A DNA stretch of 32,000 nt from positions 4,633 to 36,632 of the forward strand of contig JBKQMK010000202.1 of assembly GCA_052146735.1 (NCBI GenBank). Direction: 5' to 3'. The notes beneath the pieces are model-generated. The model made no database searches. It saw only the letters and a list, made by a program, of their open reading frames with translations, and had not been told where the DNA came from. The position numbers were made by a program, and so were the translations under genes. Numbering within the stretch: the stretch's first letter is position 1; each line of letters begins with the position of its first letter. Source of the DNA: Desulfomonilaceae bacterium. Its GTDB lineage: Bacteria; Desulfobacterota; Desulfomonilia; Desulfomonilales; Desulfomonilaceae. This document shows positions 8,746 through 16,991 of the stretch, piece after piece.

Positions 8746-9834
8746 TTACTTCCACGCGGGCGCTCCGGCTGCGGTTACCTGCTTTGTCCAATCTGATTCC
8801 ACCAGGTTGTAAACATTGAGCGGTATTGGCACGTAGTGCAGATCCGTGGCCATCGACTGTCCCTGCTTGAAGCACCAGTCGAAGAACTTGAGCATGGCTC
8901 CAGCCTTTGCAGGAGCGAGTTGATCTTTGTATATGAGAATATATGAGGCTCCAACGATAGGCCAACTCTTCTCCCCAGGTTGGTCGGTAAGCACCATGTA
9001 GAAACCGGGAGCCTTATCCCAATCGGCATTGGCAGCCGCAGCTTGAAATGTCTCGATAGTTGGGGCGACGAATTTGCCCGCGCGATTCTGGAGTTGGACA
9101 AACTTCAATCTTTCTCGCAGAGCGTACGCATACTCAACATAACCAATGGCTCCATCAGTTTTCTTCACCAGAACGGAGACCCCTTCATTCCCTTTGCCCC
9201 CCACGCCGGTGGGCCAGGAGACGGACTTGTCGTTTCCTACTTTTTCTTTCCAGTCTGGTGATACCTTGCTAAGATAGTTGGTGAAAATCCAGGTAGTCCC
9301 CGAGCCGTCGGCCCTGTGCACCACAGTGATTTCCTTGTCAGGCAATCTCAAGTCCGGGTTCACTGCCATTATTCTTGGGTCATTCCATTTCTTGATCTTG
9401 GCAAGGTATATGTCTGCCAAGAGTTCAGGTGTAAGTTTGAGTTTGCCTTTTGCTATGCCTTCAACGTGGATAACCGGAACGACGCCGCCCATTATCATGG
9501 GAAACTGGACCAGTCCGTGCTGGTTCAACTCTTCTGCTTTCAGAGGTTCATCGGAGGCCCCAAAGTCAACCGTTTTGGCTTTGATCTGGACTATTCCTCC
9601 TCCGGACCCGATTGCCTGATAGCCTATCTTCAAGCCAGTGTTTTGGTTGTACTTTGTAGCCCATTTGGCATAGACGGGATACGGGAAAGTGGCACCCGCG
9701 GCACTCAAACTCTCAACGTCCGGGGCCGCATTTGCAAACAGCGCTGCCTGCAAAGCCAGTAAGACAGCCACAACCAGCGTGAGTTTAATCTTTGAGGTTG
9801 AATTGACCCCGCAAGAAAGAATCCGTCGCCCCAT
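8746..9834 (-). CDS. pstS: Phosphate ABC transporter periplasmic substrate-binding protein PstS
   Basis: Signal peptide, LSAAGATFPYPVYAKWATKYNQNTGLKIGYQAIGSGGGIVQIKAKTVDFGASDEPL...VVHRADGSGTTWIFTNYL...GNEGVSVLVKKTDGAIGYVEYAYA; AAAGGAGG RBS. Confidence 0.96.
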   Translation of the reverse strand: MGRRILSCGVNSTSKIKLTLVVAVLLALQAALFANAAPDVESLSAAGATFPYPVYAKWATKYNQNTGLKIGYQAIGSGGGIVQIKAKTVDFGASDEPLKAEELNQHGLVQFPMIMGGVVPVIHVEGIAKGKLKLTPELLADIYLAKIKKWNDPRIMAVNPDLRLPDKEITVVHRADGSGTTWIFTNYLSKVSPDWKEKVGNDKSVSWPTGVGGKGNEGVSVLVKKTDGAIGYVEYAYALRERLKFVQLQNRAGKFVAPTIETFQAAAANADWDKAPGFYMVLTDQPGEKSWPIVGASYILIYKDQLAPAKAGAMLKFFDWCFKQGQSMATDLHYVPIPLNVYNLVESDWTKQVTAAGAPAWK

Positions 9835-9987
9835 TTTGTCCTCCTTTTTGTCTTCAGCAAGATGTTGTCACCATGTTTACAAGAAACTTTAGATGATGCC
9901 CGACTGCCCTTCGGGATGCTTGGGCGGCATATGTTTGAAGGACAGCACGGGCATCCGGAGCCGGGATTTCATTAGAAACGATCAATG

Positions 9988-10012
9988 TTAAGAGATCGCT
10001 AGTGCAAAGTTA
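9988..10012 (-). promoter_or_regulatory. Candidate PHO-box-like repeats upstream of pstS
   Basis: Gene-sense TTAACTTTGCACTAGCGATCTCTTAACA; TTA/CTA/TTA on + strand at 9988, 9999 and 10010 (11-bp period), about 155 bp from the pstS start. Confidence 0.55.
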
Positions 10013-10125
10013 AAAGTTAGATAGAAGTGGAAACCTTCCGTGCTCGATCGCGAGCCCGAAACCACGGTGTGTATTTGCTGCCAGTCCTCAACATCTCGTC
10101 TCTAACTTTTCAAAATCGGTATTTC

Positions 10126-10150
10126 TAACAAACATTTATAACAGACCTAA
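10126..10150 (+). promoter_or_regulatory. Candidate PHO-box-like repeats upstream of lipid operon
   Basis: TAA/TAT/TAA at 10126, 10137 and 10148 (ctaacaaacatttataacagacctaacc). About 285 bp upstream of 10434, further than the others. Confidence 0.4.
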
Positions 10151-10433
10151 CCAGTGGCTCACATTTTCGGACCATTCTGTTTCTGCACTAACATCACCAT
10201 GTTGGTATTGAGAATCCACAAGAAAGCGTATCTCATCAAAACTTGGCATCGATATGTGCTGAACGAAGCAAGGTTTAATGAAAAACTCACGCCTGAGTAA
10301 TATTCCGATAACAGACGCAGTCCTAGTAAGGGGCCGGCTGCGGTCACGAGTCAGGACAGGTTGGATGGTCCTGAAATTCGCTTCACGCGGTTCCATGGAA
10401 CTGGCCGATTTTGAGAATAATTAGGAGGAAAGA

Positions 10434-11126
10434 ATGGCGGAATGCAGTCTCAGTACAGGTTTACTCAAAGATGTCCTTCAGCACGCCAAACCGCTCGGGC
10501 ATAACCAAAAACCCCGCAATTTGAACCTTGGTTTCGGCTTCATTTATTATGGCGTTGTAAGGGCCCTCAGACCCAAACACACCCTGGTGATTGGTTCAGG
10601 ATACGGCTTCAGTGTGGTCTGCCTGGCTCTTGCCCTGAAGGACAATGGACAGGGCTCCCTTACGTTTGTGGATCCCTCGTATTCTTTGCTAAAGGATGGT
10701 CCCCTAAAAACCATGGGAGGCCGCGCCACTTGGAGTTCCGACACCAGCGTTAAAGAGCATTTCCGGAGATTCGGAGTTGAAGATATCGTAACCCACCACA
10801 AGATGAGGAGCGACCAATTGTTTCCTTCTTACGAAGACTTACAGTTGTCTCCCATCGACCTGGGCTTTATCGACGGAAATCATTCATATGAGGATGTGAA
10901 ATACGATTTCATCAGTATGCTCGGCCGTTGTCGCAAGAATAGTTACATCTTTCTTCACGATACTAACATCTACGTTAGAGAATTCCTTCACCATTCGGGG
11001 GTCAAACGGTGGCTGAAGATTGTGAAGAGAGAGGAGCAAGCGTTCGAAGTGATAAATTTCCCTTTTTCATCAGGTGTTGCACTAGTGCGAATCTTGGAGC
11101 CCGCTATATGGAAACAAGTTCACTGA
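10434..11126 (+). CDS. Class I SAM-dependent methyltransferase (Methyltransf_24-like)
   Basis: HTLVIGSGYGFSVVCLALAL...GSLTFVDPSYS...SPIDLGFIDGNHSYEDVKYDF...YIFLHDTNIYVREF; RBS taggagga. Confidence 0.8.
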   Translation: MAECSLSTGLLKDVLQHAKPLGHNQKPRNLNLGFGFIYYGVVRALRPKHTLVIGSGYGFSVVCLALALKDNGQGSLTFVDPSYSLLKDGPLKTMGGRATWSSDTSVKEHFRRFGVEDIVTHHKMRSDQLFPSYEDLQLSPIDLGFIDGNHSYEDVKYDFISMLGRCRKNSYIFLHDTNIYVREFLHHSGVKRWLKIVKREEQAFEVINFPFSSGVALVRILEPAIWKQVH

Positions 11127-11809
11127 CTCGCATCATCTTGCCATGCGTTTTGGTAATAATCGCTGCATTCCTGTTCTGGCGCTACATCTGGTTCTTCCGG
11201 AACCCGCCGCGAACCATTGCTGGGGGTGAAAACATGGTTAGCCCTGCCGACGGGACAGTCGTGTATGTCAAGACGGTTCAGCCCAATGAAGAGGTAATAG
11301 TTATAAAACAAGGGGTCTCAGCCCGCATCAAGGACATAGTACGACAGGACATGGACGCGCCCAAGCTGGTGGTAGGCATCTTCATGAGCCCATTTAATGT
11401 TCACTATAACCGCGCGCCAATAGCGGGGAGGGTCGAGCAGATCGTTCACCATCCCGCCAAGACAAGGAACTTACATATGGGACCAATGCACCTTCGGACA
11501 TTGATTAATCACCTACCCCTTTATGAAAACAGCCTCCACATAGTGGAGAATGAGAGGACCGTGACGAGGATCAGAGGAAGATTCAAAGGAGATGATGTGT
11601 CCTGCTACGTGGTCCAGATAGCGGGAAAAAGCGTGAGCGGAATTGACAGCTATGTCCTTGAAGGGGGAGGGGTCCGCAAGGGAGAAATCTTTGGAATGAT
11701 CCGCATTGGATCTCAGGTAGACGTAGTTGTTCCGGAGTTTGCCGGAATGCAAGTCAAGGTCCACCCTGGAGATAAAGTTTGGGCCGGAGAGTCTGTGCTT
11801 GTGGAATAA
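11108..11809 (+). CDS. psd: Phosphatidylserine decarboxylase-family protein (short form)
   Basis: VSPADGTVVYV, MSPFNVHYNRAPIAGRVEQIVHHPAKTRNLHM, NERTVTRIRG, GEIFGMIRIGSQVDVVVP (GS processing site). Overlaps the preceding gene by 19 nt. Confidence 0.87.
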   Translation: METSSLTRIILPCVLVIIAAFLFWRYIWFFRNPPRTIAGGENMVSPADGTVVYVKTVQPNEEVIVIKQGVSARIKDIVRQDMDAPKLVVGIFMSPFNVHYNRAPIAGRVEQIVHHPAKTRNLHMGPMHLRTLINHLPLYENSLHIVENERTVTRIRGRFKGDDVSCYVVQIAGKSVSGIDSYVLEGGGVRKGEIFGMIRIGSQVDVVVPEFAGMQVKVHPGDKVWAGESVLVE

Positions 11810-11857
11810 TCAATTCAAAACAACTCTACACGAATACTTAAGAAAGGTGGCAATGGC

Positions 11858-14353
11858 ATGAAAATCGATCTGCATGTCCATTCTAAGTTTTCCAGACGGC
11901 CTTCGGAGTGGATCCTCAAAAAGCTTGGGTGTCCGGAAAGTTTCACCGACCCCTTGCATCTTTACACAATTGCAAAAAAGAGAGGAATGTCCGCGGTCAC
12001 AATCACCGACCATAATACAATCGAGGGCTCTATGGAAATCGCCCATCTTCCGGACACTTTCGTAAGCGAGGAAGTGACTACCTATTTCCCTGATGACAGG
12101 TGCAAGCTTCATGTTCTCGTGTATGACATCGATGAGCAAAAGCACCAAGACATTCAAAAGATACGGGAGAATGTGTTCGACCTGACAGCTTACCTCAGAG
12201 AAAGCAGGATAACCCACGTCCTCGCTCATCCGCTATTTTCTATAAATGGGAAACTGAGCATCGAACATTTCGAGAAGTGTCTGCTCATTTTCAAGAATTT
12301 TGAACTGAACGGCGCGCGAAATGAGGAACAGAACCGGTGCCTCGAACTCGTACTCTCGATTCTGACCCCGGAAAAGATTGAACAACTTGCAGAAAAGCAC
12401 AATTTGACGCCATCATTTGTTTTCCCGTGGGTAAAGAACCTGACCGGAGGATCGGATGATCACAGCTCGCTTACCATAGCCCGCAGATATACTAAAGTAG
12501 AAGCGGCGACCGGAGTGGAACGGTTTCTGCGGGGAGTCGAACAGAACGAGGCTGCAGTTGCCGGTCCGGGATCGAGTCCCAAAACATTGGCTCACAATGT
12601 GTACAGCGTAGCATATCAGTTTTATCAGAATAAATTTGATTTGAAGCGGTACGTTAATAGTGACGTCATCTTTAAATTTCTGGACCGATTCCTTCAAGTG
12701 GGCCAAGACCGTGAGCCCGGCCTTCTGGCAAGACTGGATTTCTATTGGAACCACGGGAAGAGGCCAAAGGCTGCCGACAGAGGAAATGGGACCGTCATGA
12801 ACTTGCTGCGGCAGGAGACTCACCGACTGATTTGGGATGATCCGCAACTTTCGGAGATATTCAAAAACGGTAACGGAGATAGCGAAACTCTCGACGAAAA
12901 ATGGTTCCGTTTTGTGAACAAAGTCTCGATTAAGGTAGTAGAGCACTTTACGGACCACGTAATGGACAGCCTTGCCGGAGCCCACTTTCTGAACCTGTTT
13001 AACGCTCTGGGTTCTGCCGGGGCGCTATATTCGGTGCTGGCGCCGTATTTTGTCGCATTCTCGATCTATTCGGAGGATAGGCAGTTCGGCGATACAGTGC
13101 TACGCCGGTTTCTCGAGGAAAAGCCGAACCCCTCAAAGCGTGCCGACAGCATCAAGGTTGCGCACTTTACTGACACGTTCTATGAAGTCAATGGAGTTGC
13201 GGGCACGTTGAAGGCGCAAATAGGCGCTGCTCTCAGAACCGGCAAGAACTATACCGTGGTAACCTGTGACCCTGGACATCACACCAGCACCAAGGGCGTC
13301 ACGAACTTCAAGCCCATCGGAGTTTACGAAACGCCTGTTTATCCGGAACAAAAGCTCTTCTATCCTCCTTTTCTGGAAATGCTTGACTACTGCTACAATG
13401 AAGCATTCACTCACATTCATTGCGCTACACCAGGTCCTCTCGGACTCGCAGCACTAGCCATTGCGCGCATATTGAAGGTTCCTGTAGTGGGAACTTATCA
13501 TACAGCCCTACCTCAATATTCCCAGTATCTTACAGAGGACGCCACCATCGCTGAACTGATGTGGAAATACGTCTTATGGTACTATGACCAGATGGATCGC
13601 GTGTTCGTGCCATCCAGGAGCACGGCTGCCGAACTTACGGAAAGGGGAATATACTCGCACAAGGTTGTAGTGACTCCGAGAGGAGTGGACACCAGCCGAT
13701 TCTGCCCGACTAAGCGCAATGGGTGTCTTGATGAGTATTGCAGCAGCAAAGAAGCGGTGAAGCTCCTGTATGTGGGTCGAGTTTCCAAAGAAAAAAACTT
13801 GGAACTACTTGTGAAGGCTTTCCGGGAGTTGGTCCAGTCAGGGGAAGAAGTGAATCTGTTCATTGTGGGGGACGGTCCGTACCGCGAAGAGATGGAGCGG
13901 GCTTTGACGGAGACTCCGACCATTTTCATGGGATACGTGGAGGGTGAGGCGCTTGCGGAAGTCTATGCTTCCTGCGATCTTTTTGTGTTTCCCAGCACCA
14001 CCGATACCTTCGGAAACGTGGTTCTGGAATCTCAGGCATCCGGTCTCCCGGTTATTGTGACCAATTGCGGCGGGCCTCGAGAGAACATGATTCCGGGAAA
14101 AACAGGTCTGATCGTCGAAGGAAACAGTGAGAAAAGCCTTCTGGACGGAATACAGACCTTGCTGTCAGACCCACGGCGTCTGAAGGAGATGGGGAAGGCG
14201 GCCCGTGGGTACGCGGAGAATCGCTCATTCGACATTGCGTTCAACAAGTCGTGGGACCTTTACACCGAAACTCCTGAATCCTTTGGGACCGGCTCTCAGG
14301 TACCTTGGATTTGGTCCTTTCCGGCAGAGGGCCCACAGAGGCGGTCGGCTTAG
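11858..14353 (+). CDS. Fusion protein: N-terminal PHP-domain metallo-hydrolase + C-terminal GT4-family glycosyltransferase
   Basis: N-term MKIDLHVHSKFSRRPSEW...AKKRGMSAVTITDHNTIEG...THVLAHPLF (PHP His/Asp motifs). C-term IKVAHFTDTFYEVNGVAGTLKAQ...VPVVGTYHTALPQYSQYL...VTPRGVDTSRFCP...LLYVGRVSKEKNLELLVKAF...VFPSTTDTFGNVVLESQASGLPVIVTNCGGPRENM (GT4). Confidence 0.88.
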   Translation: MKIDLHVHSKFSRRPSEWILKKLGCPESFTDPLHLYTIAKKRGMSAVTITDHNTIEGSMEIAHLPDTFVSEEVTTYFPDDRCKLHVLVYDIDEQKHQDIQKIRENVFDLTAYLRESRITHVLAHPLFSINGKLSIEHFEKCLLIFKNFELNGARNEEQNRCLELVLSILTPEKIEQLAEKHNLTPSFVFPWVKNLTGGSDDHSSLTIARRYTKVEAATGVERFLRGVEQNEAAVAGPGSSPKTLAHNVYSVAYQFYQNKFDLKRYVNSDVIFKFLDRFLQVGQDREPGLLARLDFYWNHGKRPKAADRGNGTVMNLLRQETHRLIWDDPQLSEIFKNGNGDSETLDEKWFRFVNKVSIKVVEHFTDHVMDSLAGAHFLNLFNALGSAGALYSVLAPYFVAFSIYSEDRQFGDTVLRRFLEEKPNPSKRADSIKVAHFTDTFYEVNGVAGTLKAQIGAALRTGKNYTVVTCDPGHHTSTKGVTNFKPIGVYETPVYPEQKLFYPPFLEMLDYCYNEAFTHIHCATPGPLGLAALAIARILKVPVVGTYHTALPQYSQYLTEDATIAELMWKYVLWYYDQMDRVFVPSRSTAAELTERGIYSHKVVVTPRGVDTSRFCPTKRNGCLDEYCSSKEAVKLLYVGRVSKEKNLELLVKAFRELVQSGEEVNLFIVGDGPYREEMERALTETPTIFMGYVEGEALAEVYASCDLFVFPSTTDTFGNVVLESQASGLPVIVTNCGGPRENMIPGKTGLIVEGNSEKSLLDGIQTLLSDPRRLKEMGKAARGYAENRSFDIAFNKSWDLYTETPESFGTGSQVPWIWSFPAEGPQRRSA

Positions 14354-14390
14354 ACAGTCTGCTCTTCTTTTACTGGTGCTGTGACAAAAA

Positions 14391-15272
14391 TTGGCTGCTG
14401 AATTGACATCTATGCCATTGGACTATTATTTGGCGTCAGTGCTCGACTGGACCCAGAGTCTTGGTGGATGGGGCCTCATTGTCGTTGCAGCCTTGTATGT
14501 CCTGGCGTGCCTACTGTTTCTCCCCGGATCGATACTTACTCTAGGGGTCGGCTTCTTGTTCGGTGCTCCCGCGGGAGTTTTGACCGTGTTGACGGGAGCC
14601 AATTTCGGGGCTTGCGCCGTTTTCGTCGTTGGCCGGACTATTGCTCGTGACTGGATAGCCCGGAAGATAGCCGATAACCCGAAACTTGCAGCCCTGGATG
14701 TTGCTGTAGGTAAAGAAGGGTTTAGGATGGTGCTGCTGCTCCGGCTGAATCCGGTGGTTCCTTTCAATGTTCTGAATTATGCCCTTGGCCTTACCAAGGT
14801 TTCCTTCCGCGATTACGCTCTCGCAACACTGATTGGTATGCTTCCTGAGACCCTGATATTGGTCTACCTGGGCTCCGCGGCAAAATCTTTAGCCGATTCG
14901 GTTACAGGCCAGGCAGACAGTGGTACGGCCGGTCGCGTTTTTATGTGGATCGGACTTGCAGCCACGATAGGCGTTGCAATCTTGGCAACACGGATTGCCC
15001 AACGGAGCCTGAAGGCGGCCCGAACGCCGGCACGCGATGCCCGCATGGCTACACCTGTTGAAGGGCTTCGAGAAAAAGAGGTCAATAATCGAACAATTCC
15101 GGTCTGGGCGTGTCGGACGTTCCCTATCCCCTCACGTGGATTTGAACCAACCATCCCCCAATTTATCGGCGAACAACCTGCCAACCCTTTGGATTCCAGG
15201 ATCGAACACTCTTCATTCTCAGACTTTATGCGCTCCACGCAACCAAGCACGCACTTGTCGGATGAGCGATAA
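14391..15272 (+). CDS. TVP38/TMEM64 (VTT/DedA-like) family membrane protein
   Basis: LYVLACLLFLPGSILTLGVGFLFGAPAGVLTVLTGANFGACAVFVVGR...LLLRLNPVVPFNVLNYALGLTKVSFRDYALATLIGMLPETLILVYLGSAA. Start may be TTG 14391 or ATG 14412. Confidence 0.87.
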   Translation: MAAELTSMPLDYYLASVLDWTQSLGGWGLIVVAALYVLACLLFLPGSILTLGVGFLFGAPAGVLTVLTGANFGACAVFVVGRTIARDWIARKIADNPKLAALDVAVGKEGFRMVLLLRLNPVVPFNVLNYALGLTKVSFRDYALATLIGMLPETLILVYLGSAAKSLADSVTGQADSGTAGRVFMWIGLAATIGVAILATRIAQRSLKAARTPARDARMATPVEGLREKEVNNRTIPVWACRTFPIPSRGFEPTIPQFIGEQPANPLDSRIEHSSFSDFMRSTQPSTHLSDER

Positions 15273-15312
15273 ATCCTGACTACGAGCGCTGCCTTTTTCT
15301 GGAGCCGACCAC

Positions 15313-15419
15313 TAATCGTTTTTTAATTGATTCCAAACACCCCCAAAACTTTTTCCTTGTACACATTATGTAATCAATGTTTTGATTCGATCACGAAACG
15401 TGTTTTACAGAAGCAAATC
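15313..15419 (+). promoter_or_regulatory. Upstream region of the LysR gene, copy A of duplicated about 105-bp promoter element with PHO-box-like start
   Basis: TAA at 15313 and 15324 plus a degenerate third unit; ACATTATGTAATCAA (15363-15377) and CACG-AAA-CGTG (15392-15402) shared at fixed spacing with 16570-16676. Confidence 0.6.
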
Positions 15420-15462
15420 GGCCGTATTCACCTGGACAAAAAGTCAGAGGAAACCGAAAGTG

Positions 15463-16350
15463 ATGAATCTGGAGCATGTCAAATCCTACTTGGCGGTTGT
15501 GCGCACTGGGAGCTACCATAAAGCTGCCAAGCACCTCGGATTGGCTCAGCCCACGGTCAGTCAGCATATCAGAAAACTGGAGAAAACCCTTGGCGCCACA
15601 TTGATCATCCGCGACCGCAATGGATGCTTCATGGCGCCACGCACTGAAGCCTTTGCACGCCAGGCCGAGTCGTTAGTCCGGATCGCGGACAAGGCGCGGA
15701 ATGCTTTGCGCCGTCCGACGATGACTGTGGGGGCCAGCACAAATGTAGGGACCTACCTGCTGCAGCCCATGTTTAAAGACTTCTACGAAGCTAATCGCGA
15801 GTCGCTGACTCTAGACCTGGTCATTGATCGCAATGATCGGATCGCGGATCGTCTCGAGAGTGATGAGATTGATGTTGCAGTCATGGAGTGGTGGGACAAT
15901 CGAGCGGGTTTCGTGAACCGCCCTTGGAAGAAGGAACGACTGGTGGTGATTGTTCCTCCCGGTCATCCCTGGAGCACTCGAAAATCTATCTCAGCGGAAG
16001 AGCTAATGGGGGAAAGGATGATCGGAGGCGAATCGGCCACGGGAACTGGCCGAGTACTGCGTGAAGCCCTGGGGGATCTTATGTCTGAATTTCACGTGGC
16101 ATTCAAACTTGGGAGCACGGAGGCCGTTAAGAACGCCGTTCAGACCGGGCTTGGAATTTCTATGGTCTTGGCGAGTTCAGTTGTGGACGAGGTCAAAAGC
16201 GGGGCGCTTAAAGCCATACATATCGATGGCCCTTGGCTCGAAAAGGAACTCATGGTCATTCATCGTCGCGGCCTTCCTAGTGACAGCGTCGCGGTAAGGT
16301 TCGCCGAGAAACTGACAAAAGAAAACGCGGTTTCGCTCGCGCCTTCTTGA
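15463..16350 (+). CDS. LysR-family transcriptional regulator (candidate regulator of the adjacent phosphite operon)
   Basis: MNLEHVKSYLAVVRTGSYHKAAKHLGLAQPTVSQHIRKLEKTLGATLIIRD (LysR wHTH), then a substrate-binding domain. ATG 15463 preceded by gagga; ORF track start 15382 probably too early. Confidence 0.92.
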   Translation: MNLEHVKSYLAVVRTGSYHKAAKHLGLAQPTVSQHIRKLEKTLGATLIIRDRNGCFMAPRTEAFARQAESLVRIADKARNALRRPTMTVGASTNVGTYLLQPMFKDFYEANRESLTLDLVIDRNDRIADRLESDEIDVAVMEWWDNRAGFVNRPWKKERLVVIVPPGHPWSTRKSISAEELMGERMIGGESATGTGRVLREALGDLMSEFHVAFKLGSTEAVKNAVQTGLGISMVLASSVVDEVKSGALKAIHIDGPWLEKELMVIHRRGLPSDSVAVRFAEKLTKENAVSLAPS

Positions 16351-16422
16351 AGTAATCATTTTCACCTGTGATACCAATGCGCTGCCGAATAAGTAATCCC
16401 GCCGATGAAGGGACTGACCGGC

Positions 16423-16489
16423 GTTTCGGGCAGGTCTCCGGAGCGCACTCACCCTATGCCGTTCATAGCGTAAGAGATCTGCCCGAAAC
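16423..16489. repeat. Nested inverted repeat between LysR gene and ptx promoter
   Basis: GTTTCGGGCAGGTC (16423-16436) and GATCTGCCCGAAAC (16476-16489), 13/14 complementary, enclosing CTATG-ccgtt-CATAG (16454-16468). Confidence 0.6.
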
Positions 16490-16569
16490 GGCACCAACTG
16501 CTCTGACGCAGTACTACTCGTTTGAAAGCGCCTTGTTATTACGGGTCTTCATTGGTCGAGGAAAAGGAT

Positions 16570-16676
16570 TAACCATTTTTTAGTTTGATCCTAATTCCTA
16601 CCAAATTTTGTCCGGGTAAACATTATGTAATCAAAATCCTTTTTCGATGACGAAACGTCATCCATCGCAGCAAATC
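16570..16676 (+). promoter_or_regulatory. Promoter region of ptx operon, copy B of the duplicated element, with PHO-box-like repeats and dyad
   Basis: TAA/TAG/TAA at 16570, 16581 and 16592; ACATTATGTAATCAA at 16620-16634; GATGACG-AAA-CGTCATC dyad at 16646-16662. Confidence 0.62.
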
Positions 16677-16743
16677 TCCCATTTTACGCCGCACTCGATG
16701 CGAGGGAGATTGGGATTTCCATCCGCTGAAAGAAGGAAAGACC

Positions 16744-16869
16744 ATGGCAAGTCAGCACCTAAATCTGAAAAGTTTGGCGGCGGTCACCGCGATTGAGGCA
16801 TGTTTCCTGCTCGTTGCCCGCAGTTTCCGTGCGCAGCAGACGAAAGACGGGCAAATCGCTGAAATTTAG
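16744..16869 (+). CDS. Possible short leader ORF (41 aa) between ptx promoter and ABC ATPase gene
   Basis: ATG 16744 after gaaagaaggaaagacc; MASQHLNLKSLAAVTAIEACFLLVARSFRAQQTKDGQIAEI-stop. Below the ORF-track size cutoff; no homology known to me. Confidence 0.3.
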   Translation: MASQHLNLKSLAAVTAIEACFLLVARSFRAQQTKDGQIAEI

Positions 16870-16991
16870 TTTCCAATTTCGCAACGAGAAAGCCGATGAG
16901 GCGCTTGCTCCTTACTTAGTTTTACTCCAGCGGTGTTGAAACTGGTGTAGGGACATCACTCTTCCGCGGGATACCGGATGGGGAGAATGAA

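Noticed and set aside
8728-8748. TTA repeats near the end of pstS resembling the 11-bp array
   Set aside because: Only one 11-bp step (8735 to 8746), located at the 3' end of a gene and including its stop codon.
9895-9955. GATGCCCG ... CGGGCATC inverted repeat upstream of pstS
   Set aside because: Only 8-bp arms separated by about 45 bp; plausible by chance and no supporting context.
10136-10396. 86-aa reverse ORF in the pstS/lipid operon intergenic region
   Set aside because: No RBS or domain resemblance; overlaps the candidate forward repeat array.
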